A DNA stretch of 64,000 nt from Candidatus Uhrbacteria bacterium (GCA_943359345.1 CALRHE010000001.1:1995-65994), one strand, 5' to 3'; positions 20,144 through 30,453 are shown, numbered from the stretch's first letter. A program made the numbers and translations. Notes: a model not told the origin generated them from the sequence alone.

Positions 20144-21235
20144 TTATATCAACATCGATGTTTCTGTCGGCTGCAGCAAAGCCATGCAATCGTGCACAAT
20201 GCGTTCGTCAGCATTTAAAGGGAATAGGCCACGAATGTTGTGCGTCAATTGGTCACGTCGTTTCTGATTGTCCAGGACTCGGTCAATCGCCTGCATCAGT
20301 GTCTGCGGTGTTAAATAGGTGACAATTTCGGCCGCGTCGCGGTCTGCTAAAGCCTGAGCGTTAGCAATTTGATGTGAGCCCGGAATCGGAATCAAAACCG
20401 TTGGCTTCCCAAGCGCAGCTAGCTCTGCAATCGTGCCCATGCCGGCACGAGCCACGACCACGTCAGCGACTGCATAGGCATCAGCCATGCCTTCGTTCAA
20501 AAACTCTACAGCCACATAGTTCTCACCGGCCTGCGTGAGCGAGGCCAGCATCTTACCTTTGCCGGTAATATGCAGCACGTTGGCCTTGTTTAAAAGTTCA
20601 GGCGCCAGAATTGACATCATTTCATTAATCTTGGTGGCACCCGTCCCGCCACCCATAACCAGCACCGTCGGCTTGTTTGCTGCAAAAGCATAACGCTCAC
20701 GAGCCATTTGCTGCTCACCAACTTTGACAAACTTACGCGCCATCGCACCCACGAGCTCAGTTTTTTTGGCAGAAAAACTCGGCAGCGACTCTGACCAAGT
20801 CACGCTCACCCTGGTAGCCACGGTGGCCATGAGCTTGTTGGCTAGCCCAGCTACAACGTCAAGTTGATGTACCCAAATAGGGATACCTTTAAGCCGTGCC
20901 ATCCAGACTACTGGCAAACTCACGTAAGCACCGGCCGTGATGACGATGTCGGGTTGAATCTTTCCAAGCAAACTAAAAGCCTGCAGGCAACTCCAAAATA
21001 ACAATAATGGTACCATCGGCACTTTCCACAAACGCGTACGATCAAACTTGGGCGCGCGTAAAGGGTAAAAATCGATTTTAGCGGCTTCGACTAAAACTTT
21101 TTCTGGTCCAGACCGAGTCCCGATCCAGGAGATTTTGACGTCTGAATCACGTTTACGCCACTCAGCCACAACCGCAAGTAAAGGGGTCACCGGACCCAGA
21201 GTACCTCCGCCAGTCATGAGGACGTGATGTGCCAT
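20144..21235 (-). CDS. murG: Lipid II GlcNAc transferase
   Basis: TGGGTLGPVTP, GAYVSLP, HQLD..AGLANK, RAG..TIAEL, HQ.ANA. Confidence 0.95.
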   Translation of the reverse strand: MAHHVLMTGGGTLGPVTPLLAVVAEWRKRDSDVKISWIGTRSGPEKVLVEAAKIDFYPLRAPKFDRTRLWKVPMVPLLLFWSCLQAFSLLGKIQPDIVITAGAYVSLPVVWMARLKGIPIWVHQLDVVAGLANKLMATVATRVSVTWSESLPSFSAKKTELVGAMARKFVKVGEQQMARERYAFAANKPTVLVMGGGTGATKINEMMSILAPELLNKANVLHITGKGKMLASLTQAGENYVAVEFLNEGMADAYAVADVVVARAGMGTIAELAALGKPTVLIPIPGSHQIANAQALADRDAAEIVTYLTPQTLMQAIDRVLDNQKRRDQLTHNIRGLFPLNADERIVHDCMALLQPTETSMLI

Positions 21236-21260
21236 AACGCTTCAACCAGAATACTACGGA

Positions 21261-21380
21261 TTAGAAATTAGGTGTTAGTCATTAGCAGCTATTAGAAAAG
21301 AGTAATTAGATCCGACCCGTAAGCATCTAATATCTACTTCTCAAATTACTGCTAATATCTAATTTTGTAATGACTATTCC
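21261..21380. repeat. ATTAG/CTAAT palindromic dispersed repeat, copy 2 (central loop in reverse orientation)
   Basis: Its reverse complement aligns with copies at 336-413 and 61740-61861. Overlaps the ftsW stop codon. Confidence 0.85.
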
Positions 21381-22486
21381 TTATGTCTAACACCCGACAC
21401 ATTCAATACTACACCAACCGCGGTCAGTGAAATAGCCAAAGCCGTACCACCATAACTGACAAACGGCAGCGGTACACCGGTAATCGGCATGAGTCCGACC
21501 ATGGCGCCAATGTTTACAAAGGCTTGAATCCCCAACCAGGCCATAATCCCGATCACCAGATAACGACCGAAGCTGTCAGGGGCAAGATCAGCAATCTTGA
21601 ATCCGCGGAACAAGCAAGCAACGTAGAACAAAATAAAAGCACTCACCAACACAAAACCCATTTCTTCCGCCATAACCGCAAAAATTGAATCGCCAGCCAC
21701 TTCAGGCAAATATTGAAACTTCTGGAGGCTGTGTCCGTAACCACGACCAAATAAGCCACCTGAACCAATTGAGAGCAGCGCTTGGTTGATGTGATAACCA
21801 ACTCCAAGCGGATCAAGTTCAGGGTGCAAGAACGTTAAAACACGGTCGGCGCGATACGGAGAAAATTTAATCAAGGCCGCTAAAGTTCCAACCCCAACAA
21901 CACCAAGTCCTAGCAAATGATGCAAAGGGCCACCAGCTATAAAATAAACAGTAAAGGCTGTCAGCACAATGATACCTAGACTGCCAGTGTCAGGCTGGAG
22001 GATCAGCAGAGTCGCTATGATTCCAAGCACCGTAAGAAACGGCGCTAGGCCTTCAGCTACGGTTTTGAGCTCATGACGCGAACGCTTTTCAAGCCAGGCA
22101 GCCAGATAGATCAAAAACGTGAGCTTCACAAGTTCGGAGGGCTGAAATGAAAAGCTGCCAATCCCAATCCAGCTGCGCGAGGTTCCAAACTCAGCACCTA
22201 TGCCTGGAATAAAGACGAGAATGAGTAGAAAAATTGAAAGCGCCAACATGTGCGGCGCCAGGTAACGCAATTTTTCGTACGGAACCCGCATCGCCACCAG
22301 GCACCCAATCACGCCCGGCAACAGGCCAAAAATCAACTGATGCTTTAAAAAATAATAACCATCATCAAAACGATCAAAGCCCATGGGCCACGAGGCTGAG
22401 GCCAACATGACAAGCCCAATAGCCGTCAAACCAAAGACTAGGGCTAAAAAGGTGCGGTCCAGATAAAAACCCCCACGGTTTGTCAT
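21374..22486 (-). CDS. ftsW: SEDS peptidoglycan glycosyltransferase FtsW
   Basis: RSWI, FQPSELVK, LQPD.G, GSGG..GRG, LPEVAGDSIF, PITGVPLPFVSYGG; lies between mraY and murG. Confidence 0.93.
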   Translation of the reverse strand: MTNRGGFYLDRTFLALVFGLTAIGLVMLASASWPMGFDRFDDGYYFLKHQLIFGLLPGVIGCLVAMRVPYEKLRYLAPHMLALSIFLLILVFIPGIGAEFGTSRSWIGIGSFSFQPSELVKLTFLIYLAAWLEKRSRHELKTVAEGLAPFLTVLGIIATLLILQPDTGSLGIIVLTAFTVYFIAGGPLHHLLGLGVVGVGTLAALIKFSPYRADRVLTFLHPELDPLGVGYHINQALLSIGSGGLFGRGYGHSLQKFQYLPEVAGDSIFAVMAEEMGFVLVSAFILFYVACLFRGFKIADLAPDSFGRYLVIGIMAWLGIQAFVNIGAMVGLMPITGVPLPFVSYGGTALAISLTAVGVVLNVSGVRHKE

Positions 22487-22491
22487 AATGA

Positions 22492-23550
22492 CTATTGAAG
22501 CATTGCCGCCACATCTAGCAAAGCCACAATCAAGCCTACGCCAGCACCAATCCAGGAGATAACCCAAAAACGCATAACCACCTTTGGCTCAGGCCATCCC
22601 CTAGCTTCAAAATGGTGATGAATGGGTGCAATCAAAAAAACTTTTTTCTTAAAAAGTTTTTTTGAAGCCAGCTGTACAATCGTCGTGACTGCTTCAACTA
22701 CAAACACAATCCCAATAATCGGCAACAATAAAGCCGAATTAGTCAGCAACGCCACTATGCCAAGGGTGACGCCCATACTCATAGCTCCAGTGTCACCCAT
22801 GATAAATCGAGCTGGATAAATATTGAACCACAAAAAGGCCAACAAGCTACCCACAATCACCGCACACAAAGCGGCTAAATCGTAACGGCCCTGAATCAGC
22901 GAAATAACCGCATAAGCAGAAAAAGCTGAGGCTAATGTGCCGCCAGCCAAACCATCGAGACCATCAGACTGATTTACTGAAAACGAGGTCGCGACAATCA
23001 CCAGAATAAAAAATGGTACGTACCACCAGCCTATAGATAAATCACCGTAGAGCGGAACGTGTAAAACATCCCAACCAAGTTTGACGTAAAACCACCAAGC
23101 GCCAACGGCCGCAATCAAGGCGTAGAGCACCAACCGATGTCGAATGTCGATACCTCCTCCATGGCTCCCCAGTTTGCGGATATTCATGAAGTCATCAGCC
23201 ATACCCACCAGGCCCGCGGCCACCAGGGCCGCTAGGGGCAGCCAGGTTTGTGAGCGCGACAAAAAATTCAGCTCGCCAAGCGCCGAATCGGGCCAGGCCC
23301 AGGCCATGAGTGCAAACACCGCTGCCACCACACACGTGGTTACCCACATGAGCAGTCCCCCAAGCGTTGGTACTCCAGCCTTCTTCTTATGCAGCTCCGC
23401 AAACATGGGTGCAGTCACGGCACTGCGAATAGATTTGCCAAGTTTATATTTATACAAAAAATGGGTTAGGAGTGGCGTCCAAAGCATAGCCACTACAAAA
23501 GCCGTGGTCGAAAGTAACAAAATTTTTATCATCACAAAACTCTCAAGCAT
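22492..23550 (-). CDS. mraY: Phospho-MurNAc-pentapeptide transferase
   Basis: KKAGVPTLGG, DD, NQSDGLDGLA, FIMGDTG, APIHHHFE..GWPE. Confidence 0.95.
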   Translation of the reverse strand: MLESFVMIKILLLSTTAFVVAMLWTPLLTHFLYKYKLGKSIRSAVTAPMFAELHKKKAGVPTLGGLLMWVTTCVVAAVFALMAWAWPDSALGELNFLSRSQTWLPLAALVAAGLVGMADDFMNIRKLGSHGGGIDIRHRLVLYALIAAVGAWWFYVKLGWDVLHVPLYGDLSIGWWYVPFFILVIVATSFSVNQSDGLDGLAGGTLASAFSAYAVISLIQGRYDLAALCAVIVGSLLAFLWFNIYPARFIMGDTGAMSMGVTLGIVALLTNSALLLPIIGIVFVVEAVTTIVQLASKKLFKKKVFLIAPIHHHFEARGWPEPKVVMRFWVISWIGAGVGLIVALLDVAAMLQ

Positions 23551-23932
23551 ATTGGAGCGACAAATAAACAATAAAAACCGTGGCTGTGAGCAGAACTATC
23601 TGGAGCAACAAAGCTGTGATACCAGCCACGTGCGACAAAACTGGATCACGCGACCACATAAACCGCGCCAGGAATATGTTAGTCACGATGATGATCAATC
23701 CGATCACAGGCACCAAATAAATCCGCCACCAAGGGCCGACGGTATCAACTCCAATGTGGATGTTGTAATGGAGCGGCACCGCGGTTTTGCCGTAAATAAT
23801 TGGCAGGACTCGCACCGACAGCAAGGCTACGCTAGCTAACCAAGTTAACAACGACAAACTTGTCACCACCCTAAAAAAGGGGTGTTGCCACATGTCTCTA
23901 AACGCGGATAGATGTTTAACAGCTAAGGACAT
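23543..23932 (-). CDS. Hypothetical three-TM membrane protein
   Basis: VPLHYNIHIGVD..GPW motif; overlaps the mraY start. Confidence 0.7.
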   Translation of the reverse strand: MSLAVKHLSAFRDMWQHPFFRVVTSLSLLTWLASVALLSVRVLPIIYGKTAVPLHYNIHIGVDTVGPWWRIYLVPVIGLIIIVTNIFLARFMWSRDPVLSHVAGITALLLQIVLLTATVFIVYLSLQYA

Positions 23933-23935
23933 GTA

Positions 23936-24160
23936 TTAGACCGCGATAACTTCGCGCACTTCAGGAATCGCTTGGCAAAGAGCACTTTCGACCCCTTGTT
24001 TCAGGGTAATATTCGATAAAGCACAACCATCACAAGTACCTGTCAAACGAACCTTTACCACCCCGCGTTCTGGTTCAATATCCACAAGCTCAATCCCCCC
24101 GGCATGCAACCGAAGTGCCACTCTAACCTGATCTAAGACCTTTTCCACGGCCTCGCGCAT
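23936..24160 (-). CDS. NifU/NfuA C-terminal domain protein
   Basis: HAGGIELV...LTGTCDGC..S..TLK.GVE. Confidence 0.9.
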   Translation of the reverse strand: MREAVEKVLDQVRVALRLHAGGIELVDIEPERGVVKVRLTGTCDGCALSNITLKQGVESALCQAIPEVREVIAV

Positions 24161-24214
24161 ACTAATCGAGTATACGCCTAATTTTTCCTTAAGAAAAGGT
24201 GGTATTTGCCAAGC

Positions 24215-24243
24215 TTGACGATCATAAGCTTTTCGGCTATTCT
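24215..24243 (+). promoter_or_regulatory. Sigma70 promoter of rpmA
   Basis: TTGACG-17 nt-TATTCT. Confidence 0.65.
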
Positions 24244-24270
24244 AGTGCCAAAACTAGATCATTCTCGTCA

Positions 24271-24396
24271 AGAAAACGATTTTATTCGTGACGAGTTTGG
24301 TCGAGCGGGATGTTTTGGCCGAGGCGTAAGTAAACCTACGGTGAGGTCAAAACAGGGGCCCGCGAGGCCGAAATCGGCCGAATAAAATCGTTTTCT
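24271..24396. repeat. MITE-like long hairpin element, copy B, in the rpmA 5' UTR
   Basis: 18-bp inverted ends AGAAAACGATTTTATTCG/CGAATAAAATCGTTTTCT; core CCGAGGCGTA..TACGGTGAGG. Confidence 0.75.
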
Positions 24397-24398
24397 AT

Positions 24399-24683
24399 AT
24401 GGCACATAAGCTAGCCCAAGGCTCTACCCGTAACGGACGTGATTCGCAGGCCAAACGCCTGGGTGTTAAACGTGCCGACGGTCAGTACGTTAAGACCGGT
24501 CAGATTATTGTTCGCCAGCGCGGTACAGTTATTCACCCTTCAGACAACGTTCGTGCCGGCAAAGACTACACTATCTACGCTTTGACCAACGGACTGGTAA
24601 AGTTCAACAAAAAGCGCATGTCAAACTTCATTGGCAAGCTCCAGTTACGCACTTACGTCTCGGTGGTACCCCGAACCAATTAA
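24399..24683 (+). CDS. rpmA: 50S ribosomal protein L27
   Basis: [21 protein letters not shown]...IIVRQRGT. Confidence 0.97.
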   Translation: MAHKLAQGSTRNGRDSQAKRLGVKRADGQYVKTGQIIVRQRGTVIHPSDNVRAGKDYTIYALTNGLVKFNKKRMSNFIGKLQLRTYVSVVPRTN

Positions 24684-24795
24684 CACAGATAGTGAGTCGG
24701 TGACTACAGATTCAACGCAGATGCGAAAACGAGCCCATGGGCTCGTTTTCGTTTAGTTCTGTGTAAAATCTGTAAATTGTTTTTACTATCTGTGT
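24683..24795. terminator. Long hairpin / bidirectional terminator between rpmA and pyrG
   Basis: Perfect 28-bp palindrome at 24724-24751, nested within ACACAGATAGT/ACTATCTGTGT arms. Confidence 0.65.
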
Positions 24796-26414
24796 AAATT
24801 TTTAGCTGCCTGCAATAACCCCACAAACAGTGGGTGTGGCGCCAGCGGACGAGACTGGAACTCTGGATGAAATTGTACTCCAACAAAGAATGGATGATTT
24901 TTAACTTCGATGATCTCAACCAAGCGATTATCTGGCGAGGTGCCAGCAATCACGAGTCCGGCCTGCTCAAGTTCGGCTTTATACTCGTTGTTAAATTCGT
25001 AACGATGACGGTGACGCTCGGAGATTAAATCTTCACCGTAGACTTGACGTGCAATCGACCCGGTCGCCAACTTACACTTATACGCTCCAAGTCTAAGGGT
25101 GCCGCCATACTTCTTGCCCTTGACGTTATCTTCCTGCCCAGCCATGAGATCGATGACCGGGTGATCACTCTTGGGGTTGATCTCGGTGGTGTTGGCCTGC
25201 TTCCAGCCCAGCTCATTACGTGCAAACTCAATGACCGCACATTGCATGCCGTAACACAGACCAAGGTACGGAATCTTATGCTTACGCACATAATTAATAG
25301 CTGCGATCTTGCCTTCAATGCCACGGGATCCAAAACCGCCTGGAATAATCACAGCCTGAAGCTTATCGAGTTCCTTCAGCTTCTTCGGATTGGTTTCGAA
25401 TTCCTCTGAATTCAACCATTCGATCTTGGGCATGACTCCAGCCTTGGCGCCAGCGTGCTTGATGGCCTCAAGAACTGAAATGTAAGCGTCAGAGAGTGTA
25501 AAATCACCGGTGGAGAAATACTTACCGATAACGCCAATACGAACTTCTTTATGACCGTTCTTGCGAGCCATGACAAACTTCTTCCAAGCCGACAGGTCGT
25601 TCTTCTTAGCGCGCAAGCCAAAGCTCTTCAAAACTTTTTTAGAGAATTCCTGTTTCTCAAACATGTCTGGAATGTCATAAATCGAACTCACATCGGGCGC
25701 GGAAATGATGTGCTCGACTGGAACTTGGCAAAACTGGGCAATCTTCTCCTTGCGCGGCTTATCCATAGCTTGCTCAGATCTACCAATCACAAAATCTGGC
25801 AGGATACCAGCGCTATTCAAGGTACGCACAGCATATTGCGTCGGTTTAGTTTTCATCTCACCTACAGATGGTGGCACTGGCAAATAACTGACCAGAGCGA
25901 ATTGCACGCTCTTGCCGTGCTTGACCTGGAGCATGCGTCCAGCCTCTAGAAACAAAATATTTTGATACTCACCCACCGTACCACCAACTTCGATCAGGGT
26001 AATGTCAGCTTTGGCAGCCTTAGCAGCAGTCTCGATACGTCGAATGACCTCCTCTGGCACGTGAGGTACGACCTCCACACACCGCCCACCGTACTCAAGA
26101 TTGCGTTCACGCTCAATGACCGACTGATACACCCGCCCAGTGGTCATGTAATTAATCTTAGTGATGTCGACACCCAAATAACGCTCGTAAGTGCCGATGT
26201 CTTGGTCAGTCTCATCACCGTCAACGGTCACAAACACCTCACCGTGCTCAACCGGATTCATAGTCCCTGCATCGACGTTAACGTACGGGTCGATTTTAAT
26301 GGCCGTCACTTTGTAACCCTTGGCTTTGAGCGTTAATCCAAGCGCAGCGGTAGAAGTTCCTTTACCGACGCCACTCATGACTCCCCCGACTACGAACAAG
26401 AAATGGTGCCTCAT
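24786..26414 (-). CDS. pyrG: CTP synthase
   Basis: GGVMSGVGKG, KIDPYVNVDAGTM, KTKPTQ, GGFG.RG, GLCYGMQ, ERHRHRYE, QFHPEF. Confidence 0.98.
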   Translation of the reverse strand: MRHHFLFVVGGVMSGVGKGTSTAALGLTLKAKGYKVTAIKIDPYVNVDAGTMNPVEHGEVFVTVDGDETDQDIGTYERYLGVDITKINYMTTGRVYQSVIERERNLEYGGRCVEVVPHVPEEVIRRIETAAKAAKADITLIEVGGTVGEYQNILFLEAGRMLQVKHGKSVQFALVSYLPVPPSVGEMKTKPTQYAVRTLNSAGILPDFVIGRSEQAMDKPRKEKIAQFCQVPVEHIISAPDVSSIYDIPDMFEKQEFSKKVLKSFGLRAKKNDLSAWKKFVMARKNGHKEVRIGVIGKYFSTGDFTLSDAYISVLEAIKHAGAKAGVMPKIEWLNSEEFETNPKKLKELDKLQAVIIPGGFGSRGIEGKIAAINYVRKHKIPYLGLCYGMQCAVIEFARNELGWKQANTTEINPKSDHPVIDLMAGQEDNVKGKKYGGTLRLGAYKCKLATGSIARQVYGEDLISERHRHRYEFNNEYKAELEQAGLVIAGTSPDNRLVEIIEVKNHPFFVGVQFHPEFQSRPLAPHPLFVGLLQAAKNLHR

Positions 26415-26434
26415 AGCTCAAATAAATCTATTCT

Positions 26435-26872
26435 CTATGGGCTACTTTCTACCACAACCCTGATAGTAGCTTCAAACCCGGAATCAAAGTTTATGGGGAC
26501 ATCTTGAGAACCTAGCGAAGTTATTGGCTCAGTCTTGATGGCGCTCTTGGAGAGCTTATAGCCCAGCTCCTTTAAAGCAGCTCTGATCTCGGTAGCCGTC
26601 ACGGGGGCAGCCATCTTGCCTTTCTTCATTTGAGCCTGAACCACCACCTCCATACCATCGATCTCGCCAGCCAGCTCTTGCTCGGGCGAGATAGCCTCGT
26701 GCTTCATCGACTTCAGCCGCTTGGCTTCGTCTTTATCCGTAGCTACAGAGTTAGCGACCTTAACGGCTAAATGTTGGGGGAACAGAAAATTGAGGGCATA
26801 ACCCTCCGGTACATCCACTGTGGCGCCCTTAGGACCAAGTGCCTTTATGTCTTCGAGGAGGGAGACATGCAT
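26435..26872 (-). CDS. rplI: 50S ribosomal protein L9 (divergent)
   Basis: M.V.LLEDI..LG.KG..V.V..GYA.NFL.P N-domain and PI.SLG C-domain. Confidence 0.85.
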   Translation of the reverse strand: MHVSLLEDIKALGPKGATVDVPEGYALNFLFPQHLAVKVANSVATDKDEAKRLKSMKHEAISPEQELAGEIDGMEVVVQAQMKKGKMAAPVTATEIRAALKELGYKLSKSAIKTEPITSLGSQDVPINFDSGFEATIRVVVESSP

Positions 26873-27375
26873 ACCCGCAAAGCCTTCTTGATAATACTAA
26901 TCATATCCCGATAACTGGAGCGCTTCAGCAATTCATGCGCAGGCACCCAAGCCACTGCCCTAATGTTCTCTCCGCCTTTCACTGGCTTCGGACGAACTAA
27001 GTGAGCTGTATCCTGAGCTTCAAACAAGAAATAATGGATGTACTTATGGATTAGCTTGCCTTTGTGAACAAAGCGGTCCCGGAACCAAATATCAATGCTT
27101 TCTAACCGGCAAACGTAACGTAAGTGAGTCAAACCCATCTCTTCACGAATCTCACGAATAGCCCCGTCACGATACTTTTCACCTTCACGCACGTGACCTT
27201 TGGGAAAAGCCCATTTCCCGTACGAATCTACCACCATAGCGAACACCACACCGTCTTTGGTGCGTTTAAAAACTAGGCCTCCGGCTGAGACCTCGGTGCG
27301 ATGACGTTCGCGCTCACCCTTATTGCGTCGCGAGGAAATCGACTGCCGCTTCGAGTTGGGGGTCGGTGTCGGCAT
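26845..27375 (-). CDS. NUDIX hydrolase
   Basis: SAGGLV and Nudix box PKGHVREGE....AIREIREEMG. Confidence 0.9.
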   Translation of the reverse strand: MPTPTPNSKRQSISSRRNKGERERHRTEVSAGGLVFKRTKDGVVFAMVVDSYGKWAFPKGHVREGEKYRDGAIREIREEMGLTHLRYVCRLESIDIWFRDRFVHKGKLIHKYIHYFLFEAQDTAHLVRPKPVKGGENIRAVAWVPAHELLKRSSYRDMISIIKKALRVCMSPSSKT

Positions 27376-28561
27376 GTGCTGCGTCCAATGAATAAGGGAC
27401 TACTTGATCAGGGACTATACCTTCGGCATCAATCGATCTACCAAGCGGCGTTAACCAACGGGCCACCGTAATTTTTAAGGCGCTCCCGTCCGGCAATTCG
27501 TGGTATTCCTGAACTGAACCTTTACCAAAGGTTTGCTCACCAATGACGGTGGCTTGCGCGTAATCCTGCAGAGCTCCGGCTAAAATTTCTGAAGCCGAGG
27601 CCGAGCCTCCGTTAACCAAAATCGCCGTCTGTGTATCCGCTAAAAGCGGGATACCTTGACCAAAGATATCGATTTTGTCCTCGCCTGTGTCCTCGATGAC
27701 CACCACCTTATCACCAATCCAATAACCCGCCAAGATGATTGAGCCATCAAGCAAGCCACCGGGATTATTCCGTAGATCTAGAATCAATTCATCCACACCC
27801 TGAGCCTGGATTTCACGCACCGCCTCAGCGAACAAAGGCGGAGTGTCGGTATTGAAAACGTTCACGCTAATTAGGCCGATACCGTCGTCACGCACACTCC
27901 AGGTGACGCTATCAATCTTGATCTCATCCCGCACAATCGGCACCTCAAATGGTTCCTGTTCTGGTCGACCTAATGTCAGTGTTACGGTAGTACCCTTGTC
28001 ACCGCGAATCTTATCAACAGCTTCATTCACTGCCATGCCAAGGGTGTCGACGCCATCGATAGCCAAAATCCGGTCACCTGGACGCAAACCGGCTCGAGCG
28101 GCTGGGGTGTCGTTAATCGGTGAAACTACCACCACATTAGCTGCGTCATCCAGTCCAATCTCGGCTCCAATGCCAAAGAAAGTATTCTCAAGTTGTTGAT
28201 TAAATTCTTCAGCTAGCTGTGGCGTAAAAAAGGTCGAGTATGGATCCTCAAGTCCCCAGACTAAACCCTGTAAAGCCCCGTAAAATAAATCTTTATCGAG
28301 CGCGGGGCTGTCCACATACTCAGATTGGATTAAGTTCCATACGGTCCAAAAGAGTTTGAAATTAACGTCGTCATCTAGCCATTCCGGTGCTGGTGTTTGT
28401 AAACCCTCAACGTCACCGGGCACAACCGCTCCGCTAACTTGGCGGTCAGGGGTTTCACCCAAGGTATAGCCAAAAACGAAAAAAAGGGCTGCGCAGCCTA
28501 GATAGACAAGTACTTTAAGGGGGGTCTCCAAGGGAGATTTGGATTCAACGTTTCTAAACAT
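27320..28561 (-). CDS. S41 family carboxy-terminal protease (CtpA-like) with PDZ domain
   Basis: DPYS, GIGAEI, LDLRNNPGG, SASASEI, TFGKGSVQ. Confidence 0.93.
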   Translation of the reverse strand: MFRNVESKSPLETPLKVLVYLGCAALFFVFGYTLGETPDRQVSGAVVPGDVEGLQTPAPEWLDDDVNFKLFWTVWNLIQSEYVDSPALDKDLFYGALQGLVWGLEDPYSTFFTPQLAEEFNQQLENTFFGIGAEIGLDDAANVVVVSPINDTPAARAGLRPGDRILAIDGVDTLGMAVNEAVDKIRGDKGTTVTLTLGRPEQEPFEVPIVRDEIKIDSVTWSVRDDGIGLISVNVFNTDTPPLFAEAVREIQAQGVDELILDLRNNPGGLLDGSIILAGYWIGDKVVVIEDTGEDKIDIFGQGIPLLADTQTAILVNGGSASASEILAGALQDYAQATVIGEQTFGKGSVQEYHELPDGSALKITVARWLTPLGRSIDAEGIVPDQVVPYSLDAAHADTDPQLEAAVDFLATQ

Positions 28562-28617
28562 ATGTCAGAATTGTAACATGCTGGCTTGGAGCTGAAAAAT
28601 CTGTTATGGTAGGTCAC

Positions 28618-29604
28618 ATGCATATCGTGGTCCGCCGATTTTTATTCACCTTTTTCGTGCTGTTTTTCCTAGTCGCAGCTCCTTTAGTGGTGCTGTATAC
28701 GGCTGGATATCGGCTCAACATCTCTAACCGTCGCCTGCAACAAACCGGGGTTTTAGCCATCACCACTTTTCCTAGAGGCAGTAATATCCTTTTGAACGGC
28801 CAAAATCTAGCCCAAAAATCACCGTTTCTAGTCCAGCGCGTCATGCCCAATACTCATGCTATCGTCCTTTCAAAAAAGGGTTACCACGACTGGAGCCAAC
28901 GCATTCGCGTTGATGAAGGCCGGACAACCTATATAACTGCCCGTTTGTTTGCCAATAGCCAACCCAGTCTTTTAAATGCTAACGCCTCGGCCCTAGCCCT
29001 GCGCTCACGCTTGGCCGCCAATCTGATTACCGTAGACACGGCCAGCGTCACTTTTACTAACAATGGAGCAAACGTAGAAGTGCATTCCGGTAGCGGTAGC
29101 ACTGATCAACTGATCGCACTCCTACCGATCAACGATTACGAGTTACTAAGAGATGACGCCGAGTATTTATTACTGCGTGACGCACGTAACGTCGCCTTTG
29201 TGGTAGCCAGGCAAGGAGGTAAAGTTGTAAAGCTCCCAACTGAGCTAACCGCTTATGATTGGCTGGCCAATGAAGATATGCTCCTGTGGACTGACGGGAC
29301 TGAGATTCATATTTACGCGGCCGCTCTTGAGAACGACACTTTTGTGACCCGCGACGGACAGTCAATTGTAGACGTAGCCTGGCACCCTGAGGCTGATAGC
29401 TTTTTTGTGGCTGGAAGTATGCGCATCGATGCTTATGATATGTCTATCCATGAAACCCGTGAGGTCACTAACCTGCTGACTGACACTCAAATCGTAGATA
29501 TCTGGACTGATAGCTCCGGTAAAAATCTTTATTACCTTGATCACGAGCTCACAGACAATCGCGGAGATACTCCCCTGGTTTACAAGTTGCCGTTAAGTTT
29601 GTAA
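28618..29604 (+). CDS. PEGA domain membrane-anchored protein
   Basis: TM, then LYTAGYR...TGVLAITTFPRGSNILLNG...LSKKGYHDW PEGA pattern and a beta-rich C-terminus. Confidence 0.8.
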   Translation: MHIVVRRFLFTFFVLFFLVAAPLVVLYTAGYRLNISNRRLQQTGVLAITTFPRGSNILLNGQNLAQKSPFLVQRVMPNTHAIVLSKKGYHDWSQRIRVDEGRTTYITARLFANSQPSLLNANASALALRSRLAANLITVDTASVTFTNNGANVEVHSGSGSTDQLIALLPINDYELLRDDAEYLLLRDARNVAFVVARQGGKVVKLPTELTAYDWLANEDMLLWTDGTEIHIYAAALENDTFVTRDGQSIVDVAWHPEADSFFVAGSMRIDAYDMSIHETREVTNLLTDTQIVDIWTDSSGKNLYYLDHELTDNRGDTPLVYKLPLSL

Positions 29605-30444
29605 AAATTCTTTCAAGGCCTCAAGACGTGATCGCAGTGGAGGAAACTTGGTATTTTTTAAAACGGTGAACTTCGGTCGCGCTGCGGGCTTAGGAAAAGC
29701 CGCGGCCGGGACTGGCTTACGAGGTGTGGTAACATTTTTTAATTTGAAAAACTCTTCCGTAAAGGCAAACCAGGTCACGCCTTCACCCGAGTTTACGAGG
29801 TGATAAATGCCGTAAGGATGACCGTCGGCAACAAGATCGTGAATAGCTAGAGCTAGATCCGGTGTGTAAGTTGGCATCCCAACTTCTTCATCAATGATCG
29901 ACAATTCAGGCTTACTGGCCGCGAGCCTCAGCATCAGGATAACAAAACTCTCTTTAGCGTCAGCTGATGAAGCTGGCCTCCCAAAGAGTCGTGAAGTTCT
30001 TGCAATGTAGTAATTCCCCCCAGCTTGTGCAACCAGTTGCTCGCCGGCCAACTTGCTCTCGCCGTATTTAGAGATTGGGTGTGTTTGATCTGTCTCGAGG
30101 TAACCCTCAGGCTTATCACCAGGAAAGACACAATCAGTACTCACATGCACAATCGTGGCCCCGATGCTCAGAGCGGCTTCTGCCAAGTTACCTGGCCCAG
30201 TGGCATTGATGGCGTAGGCCAAAGGATAAACAGCCGGATCCTCAGCCTGATCCATAAGATTGTAGGCCGCGCAATTCACAATCACCTCAGGCTTGAGCTC
30301 GCTAACTAACCTCATTACCTGATCGCGATTAGTAATATCCAGCCCTTCGCGATCCAACCCTGTGACCTCATGACCTTTGGCAACAAACACATCCCGTACG
30401 TCTTGGCCGAGCGCACCCTTACCTCCAGTAACTAAGACTTTCAT
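29593..30444 (-). CDS. rfbD: dTDP-4-dehydrorhamnose reductase
   Basis: VTGGKGALG, NCAAY, STDCVF.G, YGESKLAGE, PTYT.DLA. Confidence 0.93.
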   Translation of the reverse strand: MKVLVTGGKGALGQDVRDVFVAKGHEVTGLDREGLDITNRDQVMRLVSELKPEVIVNCAAYNLMDQAEDPAVYPLAYAINATGPGNLAEAALSIGATIVHVSTDCVFPGDKPEGYLETDQTHPISKYGESKLAGEQLVAQAGGNYYIARTSRLFGRPASSADAKESFVILMLRLAASKPELSIIDEEVGMPTYTPDLALAIHDLVADGHPYGIYHLVNSGEGVTWFAFTEEFFKLKNVTTPRKPVPAAAFPKPAARPKFTVLKNTKFPPLRSRLEALKEFLQT

Positions 30445-30453
30445 ATTTTTCAG

